DNA of 64,000 nucleotides from an uncultured Bacteroidales bacterium (GTDB taxonomy: Bacteria > Bacteroidota > Bacteroidia > Bacteroidales > WCHB1-69), in contig CAKUVI010000006.1 in assembly GCA_934699095.1 (NCBI GenBank), positions 56,461 through 120,460 of the forward strand, written 5' to 3'. Of this stretch, positions 36,966 through 45,731 are shown piece after piece. Made by a program: the position numbers and the translations under genes. Each line of letters begins with the position of its first letter. Position 1 is the first letter of the stretch. The notes below the pieces were generated by a model. That model saw nothing but the letters and a program-made list of their open reading frames with translations. It made no database searches and had not been told where the DNA came from.

Positions 36966-39032
36966 ATGAAAATTTCTGTTATGAAAAAGCACCTCCTTCT
37001 GATGCTGTTTTGCGGACTGTCCCTTGCCTTGTCCGCGCAAAAAGAGAGCCTTACTTCACCGGACGGGAAGCTGATTGTGCTGATATATAACGCGTCCGGC
37101 CAGCTTCAATATTCAGTCTATACGGCTGGTTTTGTTGAAAATTCGCCACTGTTGAGCAACTGCGATATAGGTATGGAACTGGGCGACGGAACATTGTTGG
37201 GCCGAAACCCCAAAGTGACCAAAACAGAACGGAGAAGTGTCAATCGGGAGGTTGATGCGTGTTTCTATCGGAAGAATAAAGTGAAAGACGAATACAACGA
37301 GCTGAAAATCAGCTTTAAAGGAAACTATCAAGTTGTTTTTAGAGCTTACAATTCAGGTGTCGCCTATCGTTTTGTCACGAACAGGAAGGATTCCTTATTT
37401 GTGAAGCACGAAATAGCGGAGTTCAATTTTCCATTTGACTATTACAAGGCTTTTATACCGTATGTTAACAGGAAACCTGCGGAGAATGGGGATTTTTCGG
37501 AACAGTACTGTACTTCTTTTGAAAACCTCTATACCGACACGCTGCTTCGCCACATGGAAGACAACCGTCTGGCCTTTTTGCCCTTGTTGGTCAGACAAGA
37601 GTATTACGAGATTGGTGAAAGTGATTTGGGTAAATCGGGTAGTTTGCGCAGACGCTTCGCCGTCATCACCGAGGCCGACCTCCACGACTATCCTGGCATG
37701 TACCTCAAGCACACCGAGGGCAACTCGATGATTGGCTATTTCGCGCCGCTGCCGAAAACCTGGGAACAGGGCGGGCACAACAACTTGCAGTATGTGGTGA
37801 ATGAACGCCACGACTACATTGCCAAGACTGCCGGCACGCGGGCGTTCCCGTGGCGCGTGATTGCCATCACCATGGAAGACAAGGACTTGGTTGACAACGA
37901 CCTCGTCTATCTGCTCTCCGAACCCTCGAAAGTGGTTGACATCTCGTGGATTAAGCCTGGCAAAGTGGCATGGGACTGGTGGAACATGTGGAACATCTGG
38001 GGCGTGGACTTCGAGTCGGGCATCAACAACGAAACCTACAAATACTATGTCGATTTCGCGGCCGAAAAGGGCATTGAATATGTGATTTTGGACGAAGGCT
38101 GGGCGGTGAACGGCAAGGCCGACCTGTTCCAGGTGGTGCCTGAAATCGACCTGCCGATGCTGGTGAAATACGCCGAATCCAAGGGCGTGGGCATCGTGCT
38201 GTGGGCAGGTTACGCCGCCATGGATCAGGACATGGAGCGCGTCTGCAAGCACTACGCCGACATGGGCGTGAAGGGCTTCAAGGTCGATTTCATGGACCGC
38301 GACGACCAGATTGTGGTCAACTTCTACGAACGCATGGCCGCCACCGCTGCCAAATACCACCTCTTCATCGATTTCCACGGGGCGTACAAGCCCACGGGAC
38401 TGAGCCGCACCTATCCCAACGTGCTCAACTACGAGGGCGTGTTCGGGTTGGAGCAGTGCAAATGGGCCGACAGCAAGACCGATATGGTGAAGTATGAGGT
38501 CACGATTCCCTTCATCCGCATGTTGGCCGGACCGATGGACTTCACGCAGGGGGCGATGCGCAACGCCGCAAAGTGGTGTTACGCCCCAGTCTGGAGCGAG
38601 CCGATGAGCCAGGGCACCCGTTGCCGGCAATTGGCTGAGTACGTGATTTTTGACGCGCCTTTTGCCATGCTCTGCGACGCACCCACGGCCTACCTGCGCG
38701 AGCCCGAATGTACGGAGTTCATCGCCAAGGTGCCCACCGTGTGGGACGAAACACACATTTTGGACGGCAGGGTAGGAGAATATGTGGTTTCTGCCAAGCG
38801 CAAGGGCGACACATGGTACATCGGCGCCATCACCGACTGGGAACGCCGCACTTTCGAAATCGACATCAAGGCCTTAGGCATCACCTCCGGCACCGTGACG
38901 ATGTTCATCGATGGTCCCAACGCCCACAAGAAAGGCATTGACTACCAAAAGAAAACCGTGGCTGTTCCCGCCGACGGGAAGCTGAAAGTGGAGCTGGCAC
39001 CGGGCGGGGGTGCGGCACTTGAGATTCACTAA
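36966..39032 (+). CDS. Glycoside hydrolase family 97 (alpha-glucosidase/alpha-galactosidase type)
   Basis: 688 aa with a signal peptide and motifs KGIEYVILDEGW, GVKGFKVDFMDRDDQ and FHGAYKPTGLSRTYPN. The likely true start is 36981. Confidence 0.85.
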   Translation: MKISVMKKHLLLMLFCGLSLALSAQKESLTSPDGKLIVLIYNASGQLQYSVYTAGFVENSPLLSNCDIGMELGDGTLLGRNPKVTKTERRSVNREVDACFYRKNKVKDEYNELKISFKGNYQVVFRAYNSGVAYRFVTNRKDSLFVKHEIAEFNFPFDYYKAFIPYVNRKPAENGDFSEQYCTSFENLYTDTLLRHMEDNRLAFLPLLVRQEYYEIGESDLGKSGSLRRRFAVITEADLHDYPGMYLKHTEGNSMIGYFAPLPKTWEQGGHNNLQYVVNERHDYIAKTAGTRAFPWRVIAITMEDKDLVDNDLVYLLSEPSKVVDISWIKPGKVAWDWWNMWNIWGVDFESGINNETYKYYVDFAAEKGIEYVILDEGWAVNGKADLFQVVPEIDLPMLVKYAESKGVGIVLWAGYAAMDQDMERVCKHYADMGVKGFKVDFMDRDDQIVVNFYERMAATAAKYHLFIDFHGAYKPTGLSRTYPNVLNYEGVFGLEQCKWADSKTDMVKYEVTIPFIRMLAGPMDFTQGAMRNAAKWCYAPVWSEPMSQGTRCRQLAEYVIFDAPFAMLCDAPTAYLREPECTEFIAKVPTVWDETHILDGRVGEYVVSAKRKGDTWYIGAITDWERRTFEIDIKALGITSGTVTMFIDGPNAHKKGIDYQKKTVAVPADGKLKVELAPGGGAALEIH

Positions 39033-39046
39033 CAGTCACTTGGACT

Positions 39047-39589
39047 ATGCAGAACGGATACGATAAGGAAGTTGACGAACATGTCCTGCTGCGCAACAAA
39101 CCGAGTTCTGGTGGAGCGATAGCCGACTGCATCGGGTTGGGTATGGTGTTGTTGTTTTATGTCCCGTTCGTCGTATTTATGTTCGAAGACGGTTGGGACT
39201 GGTTTTTATACGATGTCGGGGATTTTTTCCTATGTTTGTCTTTAATTGTCGCACCTGGTTATGGTATATTCTTGGTAATCAGTAATATCCATTGGGAATT
39301 ATTTGGCGGCGAAACCGTTTTTTATTCAAAGTCTGACATTTACATCCAACAGAAAAGGATGTGGCGTCGCGATGTGGTGATTCCGTGGGAATGTGTGATG
39401 AGTGTTGAACCGTATGACGAGCCGGTTTGGTTAGCGCTTGTCCCCACTAAGGATCCCACTGTGTGTCTTACATATAAAACTCCGGATAAAAAGACTCGCA
39501 AAATCCGGTTCGGGTTCAAGCTCAACGAGAAGCAACGTACTTATGTGGTTGAGCGAATACGGGATTTGCTGGTGGAGAGTTTTGTGTGA
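39047..39589 (+). CDS. Hypothetical membrane protein
   Basis: 180 aa, 14 nt after the GH97 stop. It has two predicted TM helices followed by a small soluble domain. I recognise no family. Confidence 0.5.
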   Translation: MQNGYDKEVDEHVLLRNKPSSGGAIADCIGLGMVLLFYVPFVVFMFEDGWDWFLYDVGDFFLCLSLIVAPGYGIFLVISNIHWELFGGETVFYSKSDIYIQQKRMWRRDVVIPWECVMSVEPYDEPVWLALVPTKDPTVCLTYKTPDKKTRKIRFGFKLNEKQRTYVVERIRDLLVESFV

Positions 39590-39624
39590 TGATTACCAAG
39601 ACATTTTTATTATCAATATTCTGA

Positions 39625-39636
39625 AAACGTACGTTT
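39625..39636. promoter_or_regulatory. Perfect 12-bp palindrome AAACGTACGTTT (copy 1 of 3)
   Basis: Read directly from ctgAAAACGTACGTTTattt. It is identical to the copy at 62205-62216. Confidence 0.6.
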
Positions 39637-39669
39637 ATTTTTAACCAATTACAATATTCCTCCTAATTA

Positions 39670-39697
39670 GAAGAGTGGACTGGGAAGAGTGGACTGG
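39670..39697. repeat. Perfect tandem duplication of a 14-bp unit (GAAGAGTGGACTGG x2)
   Basis: Read directly from gaagagtggactgg gaagagtggactgg, immediately upstream of the terminator hairpin. Confidence 0.85.
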
Positions 39698-39700
39698 TTG

Positions 39701-39737
39701 AAAAAAAGCCCCGTGGGTCACTCCCCACGGGGCTTTC
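39701..39737 (-). terminator. Rho-independent terminator (strong for the minus-strand lipoprotein gene, weaker in the plus direction)
   Basis: The 11-bp stem agccccgtggg / cccacggggct is flanked by aaaaaaa on the plus strand, which is a T-run for the minus-strand transcript. Confidence 0.75.
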
Positions 39738-39762
39738 CAGTTATTTGTTGACATTCGTCTTC

Positions 39763-40620
39763 CTAATTGTAATAGTATGTCTCGATGCGCTTCATAGAAA
39801 TACCCAAAGATTCAACATTCCAAGTGCGTTCTGTTGGATATTTGTCATCGTACTTGTATTCATATTTATTTTGGACGATGGTTTCCATGCCCATGATCAT
39901 AAGAACTGTGGTCTCTTCAATGACATTGTTGGCAGAATACAGACCTTCTATTGTCCTAAGTGAGTTGTCGGTGTAGAGGCCGTTAAGTGGGTTGATCATA
40001 TCGTCATGCTTCCAGGTGTTTGTTACGCTCAGTACGCCGTTTGAATAGGTTTCCATTTTTGTGACATTATTGCCGTCCCAAGTGAGTTTATAGGTTGTGG
40101 TGGATTTTGTAGAAGAAGGTTTGATTTGTTCAGCCACTTCAGAAGGAAGTACAAATCTCAGTATGTTCAAGCCTGTCATGGATTTCGACTCAACAGGACT
40201 CAGTGTGATTTCTGTAACGTTTCCGTCAATTTTCTTGAAAGTGTAAACATCCTCTTCGTCAAATTCTTCACTTACACGGGTGATCTTCACCAGATCCTTG
40301 CCTTCGTAGATGAACTTGAAGTCGTTAGAAAACTGTGAGTATTTAACATGCAAAGACTCGATGCGTTTTTTAGAATCGTATTTGAAATTCACAGTGCTGA
40401 TCAAATCGCCACTGCCAGTCTTTGTGATTATGCTGGAAAGCAGCTTTCCATCCCATTGCCATTCCTCAACTTCGGAAACAATTGTTCCTGCATCAGTGAT
40501 GGATGCGCGTTCGATTTTGTCTAATTTTTTCTTGGGAAGATATTGGCCTTCCTTGTGGCAGGAAGAAAACAAGAAAATCCCGACAAGCAAAAATGCGATT
40601 AAATTGAATGTTTTTCTCAT
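39763..40620 (-). CDS. Hypothetical lipoprotein
   Basis: 285 aa with a lipoprotein signal (LFSSC). The sequence is beta-rich. I recognise no family. Confidence 0.6.
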   Translation of the reverse strand: MRKTFNLIAFLLVGIFLFSSCHKEGQYLPKKKLDKIERASITDAGTIVSEVEEWQWDGKLLSSIITKTGSGDLISTVNFKYDSKKRIESLHVKYSQFSNDFKFIYEGKDLVKITRVSEEFDEEDVYTFKKIDGNVTEITLSPVESKSMTGLNILRFVLPSEVAEQIKPSSTKSTTTYKLTWDGNNVTKMETYSNGVLSVTNTWKHDDMINPLNGLYTDNSLRTIEGLYSANNVIEETTVLMIMGMETIVQNKYEYKYDDKYPTERTWNVESLGISMKRIETYYYN

Positions 40621-40698
40621 AATTGTTTTTTTATGTGATTATTGATATAATGTCGAAAATACAAATCTACAAAAATTACACTAAAATTTATAACGATG

Positions 40699-40706
40699 CA
40701 AAAATA
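40699..40706 (-). promoter_or_regulatory. -7 promoter box (TATTTTTG) for the lipoprotein gene
   Basis: The plus strand reads caaaaata. It lies ~79 nt upstream of the ATG at 40620. Confidence 0.45.
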
Positions 40707-40836
40707 AAAAAAATTATTCCATACCCTTAAAAAATGTTGCTATTCATTTATGATGTGGGAAGCAGATGCGCAGAAAGAAATAATTTTTTGTCTAAAAAAT
40801 CGTATCTTCGCAAACAATTTAAAAAATGGTATTCTT

Positions 40837-41223
40837 ATGAAGAAAGTATTGATAATCAGTATTTTGTCATTATTTGTCACCTGCATTTACGCGCAGGATG
40901 TTATGAAAAAACTTCCCGACGGCACTTATGTTGTGAACACCACTACGATAGCCAAAGACGTGAACGGGTACAACGGTGCCACTCCGGTGGAAATATACAT
41001 CAAGAACGATGTCATAACCAAAGTAGTGCCGCTCAAAAACGAAGAGACACCGCGTTTCTTTGACAGAGTCAAACAGGAAATGATCTCAAAATATTCCAAT
41101 ATCTCTGTAAAAAAATTCTCGAAGAAAAAACCTGATGCCGTGACTGGCGCTACATATTCTTCAAAAGCAGTGCAGGAAAACGTCCAAAGAGGCTTGGATT
41201 ATTATAAAAAACACAAAAAATAG
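40837..41223 (+). CDS. Small secreted FMN-binding domain protein
   Basis: The track ORF is 40750..41223. I prefer the ATG at 40837 (MKKVLIISILSLFVTCIYAQ signal peptide). The FMN_bind-type flavinylation motif DAVTGATYSS is present. Confidence 0.7.
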   Translation: MKKVLIISILSLFVTCIYAQDVMKKLPDGTYVVNTTTIAKDVNGYNGATPVEIYIKNDVITKVVPLKNEETPRFFDRVKQEMISKYSNISVKKFSKKKPDAVTGATYSSKAVQENVQRGLDYYKKHKK

Positions 41224-41301
41224 TATTTTATTTGAACTTATCATTTATTTTTCCATTTCAAGAAAAGAATAAAATGATTTGGATTTTTAACAAAAAAAAT
41301 C

Positions 41302-41309
41302 TATCTTTG
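41302..41309 (+). promoter_or_regulatory. -7 promoter box (TATCTTTG) for kdd
   Basis: Fits TAnnTTTG and lies ~59 nt upstream of the ATG at 41368. Confidence 0.55.
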
Positions 41310-41367
41310 CAACCTCAAAAAATAGACGTATCAAAAGAATTAAAATAAACACCAAAAAAAAACATCT

Positions 41368-42441
41368 ATGCAGAAAAAAGGTAATAAATACGGTACCCAC
41401 CGCGTGATTGAACCAAAGGGTGTTCTTCCACAGCCGGCAAATAAGATTGACAATAACATGGACGAGATCTATGACAACGAGATTCTCATAGACGTTCAGA
41501 CCTTGAACATTGACTCAGCTTCGTTCACCGACATCCACAATTATGCCAAACAACAGGCAGGTGAAGGCGCAAGCAGAGAGGCTGTGATGGAAGAAGTGAA
41601 GAAAGAGATGCTTCTTAACGTTGAGTTGCAGGGCAAACACCGCAACCGCCGCACAGGCTCAGGTGGTATGCTCCTCGGACGCGTTGAGAAAATCGGTGAC
41701 GCCCTTAAAGGCAAAATCGACCTCAAAGAGGGCGACAAAATAGCCACATTGGTGTCTTTGTCACTCACCCCTCTCCGTATTGACGAAATCCTTGAAATCC
41801 GCGAGGATGTTGACCAAGTTGACATCAAGGGTAAGGCTATCCTCTTCGAAAGCGGTATTTATGCCAAGATTCCTGATGATCTTCCTGAAAAGCTCGCCTT
41901 GTCGGCATTGGACGTTGCAGGTGCTCCTGCCCAGACCGCCAAGTTGTGCAAACCAGGCGACACTGTGCTCATCATCGGTGCAGGCGGCAAGTCTGGTATG
42001 CTTTGCTGCTATGAGGCTATGAAACGCGTCGGCGTGACAGGTTGCGTCATCGGTATGTGCCACAGCCAGAAATCAACAGAGCGTCTTCAAAAACTCGGTT
42101 TCTGCAACTATGTGTTCGCAGGCAATGCAGCTGACCCAGTTGCTTCTATGGAAAAAATCGCCGAACTCACAAACGGCAAAATGGCCGACATCACCATCAA
42201 CAATGTCAATATTCCTGACACTGAGATGACATCTGTGCTCTGCACAAAGGACGACGGCCTCGTTTACTTCTTCTCAATGGCAACATCTTTCACAAAGGCC
42301 GCCCTCGGTGCTGAAGGCGTTGGCGCTGATGTTACCATGATCATCGGTAACGGTTATACGAAAGGTCATGCTGAGATCACTCTCCAAGAGCTCCGCGAAA
42401 ACAAAGAACTTCGCGACCTCTTCACTGAGCTCTACGCATAA
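41368..42441 (+). CDS. kdd: L-erythro-3,5-diaminohexanoate dehydrogenase-like protein (Kdd family)
   Basis: 357 aa. The N-terminus KYGTHRVIEPKGVLPQPANKIDN...ILIDVQTLNIDSASF and the Rossmann motif LIIGAGGKSG match my memory of Kdd from the lysine-fermentation pathway. A database search is needed to confirm. Confidence 0.65.
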   Translation: MQKKGNKYGTHRVIEPKGVLPQPANKIDNNMDEIYDNEILIDVQTLNIDSASFTDIHNYAKQQAGEGASREAVMEEVKKEMLLNVELQGKHRNRRTGSGGMLLGRVEKIGDALKGKIDLKEGDKIATLVSLSLTPLRIDEILEIREDVDQVDIKGKAILFESGIYAKIPDDLPEKLALSALDVAGAPAQTAKLCKPGDTVLIIGAGGKSGMLCCYEAMKRVGVTGCVIGMCHSQKSTERLQKLGFCNYVFAGNAADPVASMEKIAELTNGKMADITINNVNIPDTEMTSVLCTKDDGLVYFFSMATSFTKAALGAEGVGADVTMIIGNGYTKGHAEITLQELRENKELRDLFTELYA

Positions 42442-42484
42442 TCTTCCCTATAATAAACCATTAGTAATAATTATCTTAAAAAAT

Positions 42485-42520
42485 AAAGCGGTGTGTAACG
42501 AGCACCGCTTTATCTTTTTT
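42485..42520. terminator. Bidirectional rho-independent terminator between convergent kdd and ddh
   Basis: The stem aaagcggtg / caccgcttt (9-nt loop) has an A-run upstream and a T-run downstream. Confidence 0.75.
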
Positions 42521-43376
42521 AAACCAACGAGCGAATCAACTGTTCTTCGTCACCCTCAAGAAGGTAGATCGGCGGAATCTCTATCAACGTGTAGCATCCG
42601 TAGCGGCCCTCGCTGCGCAAGCGTACCGCTGCGCGCGCAGTCGATACCAGCACCTGGCCAGTGAGCGCCGGATTGTTGATTGACATGTTGAACTCAAAAC
42701 ACTGGTTGTGTGTATCGCCACTGACACCGGAACGGACCAAATTCACACCATGCGCTACATTGTTGAGTTTGTCAATAGACTCGACTTCAACAACATGGGT
42801 TTCGTCGTGTGCGAAGTAATCGTCTTTTAGGATGTCCTGTTCAACAGTCTTGAAATCTGCACCCTGCTCTAATTCCACATACACCATCCTGCGGTGAATT
42901 CCGGTGCCTAAAGGAATAGTCATCGACAAGGCATCTTTAACACCTGCAATAGCCTTGGCGGCCACGGTGTGACCCATGCTGCGCCCTGGTCCGAAGTTGG
43001 TGTATGTCAATCCTTTAGGAGCCATAGCCATGAGCAGTGCCCTGATTGCTGAATCTGTGCCGGGGTCCCATCCTGAAGCTATCACACTCACGGCCTTGTG
43101 CTCTTTCGACACACCCATGAGATCGCTTCTCAAACCGTGTATCTGCCCATGAATGTCAAAGCTGTCAACTGTACAGATTCCCTTTGCCAGAAGTTTTTCG
43201 GCAAACGGCTTTACCTCGCGAGTGGGCGTGCAGAGCGCCACCACATCGGCGTCAATATTGTCCAAATTGTCGTTATGATGGTAAATACCAGCCAACTGCA
43301 TGTCGCCAGAGGCAAGAACTGCCTGTTCAACAGCCTTTCCTATATTTCCATAACCAATAATTGCTATTCTGATCAT
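42519..43376 (-). CDS. ddh: meso-Diaminopimelate D-dehydrogenase family protein
   Basis: 285 aa with IAIIGYGNIGKAVE, SGWDPG and FGPGRSMGH motifs. The sequence is collinear with Corynebacterium Ddh as I remember it. Confidence 0.8.
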   Translation of the reverse strand: MIRIAIIGYGNIGKAVEQAVLASGDMQLAGIYHHNDNLDNIDADVVALCTPTREVKPFAEKLLAKGICTVDSFDIHGQIHGLRSDLMGVSKEHKAVSVIASGWDPGTDSAIRALLMAMAPKGLTYTNFGPGRSMGHTVAAKAIAGVKDALSMTIPLGTGIHRRMVYVELEQGADFKTVEQDILKDDYFAHDETHVVEVESIDKLNNVAHGVNLVRSGVSGDTHNQCFEFNMSINNPALTGQVLVSTARAAVRLRSEGRYGCYTLIEIPPIYLLEGDEEQLIRSLV

Positions 43377-43396
43377 CTTCTTAGTATTTATTTGAT

Positions 43397-44410
43397 TTAA
43401 ATGTTAGTGTCACTTACAACATCATAGACAGGCACGTTGAAGACGCCTCGCATTGCCTCCTTCAGCGTTTCTGAAGGCATTTTAAAACCGCTTGGTGCAA
43501 CAGGATTCACTGTTACCGCCAGAAGTTTTGGCCTTTTTAGGACATAAAGCTCTCCGCCCTTGCTTTGGAACAGGCGCAGGGCCATCGGGGTTACAAATAT
43601 CTTCGTGAAATCTTTCACGATCACCACAGTGTCCTTGATTTCAGGTTGTTGCTTTAAGAAATTCAACATCATATCAGTCAGGATTCCGCTTACAAAAAAG
43701 ACTGTGCCAGATGAGAAAAGTTGGTCTCTGTACTTCTCTGTCAGCAATGATGACGGAATATCCAATGATACGAACCCATCCTCGTGTACGGCAAAGATTC
43801 CTTTCTCTTCCTGCATCAAGGAATCTGAAAAAGCAACCTGATATTCAGGAAGTTCCATTAATTCATGAAGTGCAGATGTTTTATTTACGATGGAGTTCAG
43901 ATCTGGGGCGAGTGCGGTTCCCACGGCGAGTACCAGTCCGTCGGTGAGTAGGGGAGAGGCATGGCTCTTGCGAGAAAGTGCGCCATCGACAATTGAAATG
44001 TCGGCGCCATACTCGTCAGAAAACTCCACAAATTGACGCACCCCTGAAGATGTTGACGGTCCTGAGAGAATAACCTTGCCAGGTATCAGCACCTGTGCCG
44101 TTACAAGGCGTCCTAAGGATGTACTGTTTTCCAATATATCTAAAATATTGGAAGTCAATAGTTTCTGACGATAATGATATTCTGTTGTGACGAAGATTGA
44201 TTTCTCGGCAAGTTCTATTTCGGGTTTTTCGGTGTGGGTTACCAGGTCGGTTTTTTCGCCATCGATACCGACAGAAGTGACCGCCACTATCTTGCCAAGT
44301 CTTTTCAGTTCAGACAACAGATAGTTCAGGCAGACTGTTTTGCCCGTATTTTTCGCCATTCCGATTATAGATACGGAGCGGTGAGGCAGTATGTAGTCGA
44401 TCAAAGGCAT
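43397..44410 (-). CDS. Uncharacterised P-loop NTPase-like protein
   Basis: 337 aa with a Walker-A-like motif, IIGMAKNTGKT, near the N-terminus and a possible Walker B, DISIVDGA. It lies 7 nt downstream of pepP and 20 nt upstream of ddh. Confidence 0.6.
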   Translation of the reverse strand: MPLIDYILPHRSVSIIGMAKNTGKTVCLNYLLSELKRLGKIVAVTSVGIDGEKTDLVTHTEKPEIELAEKSIFVTTEYHYRQKLLTSNILDILENSTSLGRLVTAQVLIPGKVILSGPSTSSGVRQFVEFSDEYGADISIVDGALSRKSHASPLLTDGLVLAVGTALAPDLNSIVNKTSALHELMELPEYQVAFSDSLMQEEKGIFAVHEDGFVSLDIPSSLLTEKYRDQLFSSGTVFFVSGILTDMMLNFLKQQPEIKDTVVIVKDFTKIFVTPMALRLFQSKGGELYVLKRPKLLAVTVNPVAPSGFKMPSETLKEAMRGVFNVPVYDVVSDTNI

Positions 44411-44417
44411 TTCAAAA

Positions 44418-45710
44418 TCAGAAATTGTCTTTCATCAGTTGTTCAATTTCGTCAACTTCCACGGGGAGTTCGGCCATCAGGTCGATAGGTTTGTCGGCCA
44501 CCACCACGTCGGTTTCAATGCGGACACCGATGCCTTCTTCTGCAATGTAGATGCCCGGTTCGCAGCTGAGCACGTTGCCCGGCTGGAACGTCCAGTGGCG
44601 TTCACCCACATCATGCACATCAAGACCGATGAAATGACTTGTGTTGTGCATGTAGTATTTTTTGAAAAGTGGGGATTCAGGGTCTTGGTTCTCAACATCT
44701 TGTTCAGTGTAAAGCCCCAATTTGACCAGCTCTTCATCCATTCTCTTAAAAACAAAATCATTGATTTTGTGGATAGTCATACCTGGTTTGAAGAGCGGTA
44801 TTGTATCCTTGTAGATGGAAAGAACAGCCTCATATACGGCACGTTGTCGTGGAGAGAACTTGCCATTGACAGGAATTGTACGAGAACAGTCGCCGGCATA
44901 ATTTGCATATTCCGCGCCGAAATCCATCAGAAGCAGATCACCGTCATTCATGATCTTGTCGTTTTTGATATAGTGAAGGATGCATGTGTCGGGACCGGAG
45001 GCGACAATTGGCGCAAATGAGTGAGTTGTTGCTCCGTTGCGAATCATCTCGTAAGTCAGTTCGGCCTCGATTTCGTATTCATATTTACCGGGTTTTACAG
45101 CCTTTGCTGCGCGAAGAAAGGCTTTCCCAGTAATGTCGCATGCCTTTTTCAAAGTGGCCAGCTCTTCTGCGCTTTTCTGCACTCTCAACGGTTTGATGAT
45201 CGGAGCGAGTCGGCAGAATTTGTGCAAAGGGTATTCGTGAACCAACTTGTCGGCAAATCGGACTTCCTTGGTCGGGAAGGAGCTCCTCATGCGCGGATCC
45301 TCGTGGATGTTTAGGTAGGCGCGCCGCGAATGGAGCAGCAGGTCGTTCAATATGTCCTCAAAATCATCAATGAACATGACAGTCTTGATGCCGGAGAGCT
45401 TAGAAGCCGCCTCTTTGGAAAGCCTGTGACCGAACCATATTATTTTTTCAGGAGATGGATTCTTGATGAAAAGAATCTCACGATAATCGGGATTAGGGTG
45501 CCATGGAGCCAAGGCGAGGGCAGTGTCCTCCTGGTCTATTCCACAAAGATATAGAAGGTCAGAGTTCTGACGGAAGGGATGTGCGGTGTCGCCACATCTC
45601 GGATATTCATCGTGTGAGACTAAAACCGCAATTGAATCCTGCGGCAGTTCCGATATTACATTCTGTCTGTTTCTGATGTAAAAATCTTGAGCTAATGGTT
45701 CGTAACGCAT
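44418..45710 (-). CDS. Xaa-Pro aminopeptidase (M24B, PepP-like)
   Basis: The track ORF is 44418..45734 (TTG start) and overlaps a promoter box. I use the ATG at 45710 (MRYEPLAQ...). The metal-ligand motifs DFGAEY..YAGDCSRT, HFIGLDVHD and EPGIY are present. Confidence 0.85.
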   Translation of the reverse strand: MRYEPLAQDFYIRNRQNVISELPQDSIAVLVSHDEYPRCGDTAHPFRQNSDLLYLCGIDQEDTALALAPWHPNPDYREILFIKNPSPEKIIWFGHRLSKEAASKLSGIKTVMFIDDFEDILNDLLLHSRRAYLNIHEDPRMRSSFPTKEVRFADKLVHEYPLHKFCRLAPIIKPLRVQKSAEELATLKKACDITGKAFLRAAKAVKPGKYEYEIEAELTYEMIRNGATTHSFAPIVASGPDTCILHYIKNDKIMNDGDLLLMDFGAEYANYAGDCSRTIPVNGKFSPRQRAVYEAVLSIYKDTIPLFKPGMTIHKINDFVFKRMDEELVKLGLYTEQDVENQDPESPLFKKYYMHNTSHFIGLDVHDVGERHWTFQPGNVLSCEPGIYIAEEGIGVRIETDVVVADKPIDLMAELPVEVDEIEQLMKDNF

Positions 45711-45731
45711 AATGTTGTTTTTTTCGGAATG

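Noticed and set aside
37395-38756. 453-aa minus-strand ORF inside the GH97 gene
   Set aside because: It is the same codon-aligned shadow effect in a GC3-rich gene. The translation is Val/His/Gly/Arg-rich nonsense, while the plus strand has unambiguous GH97 motifs.
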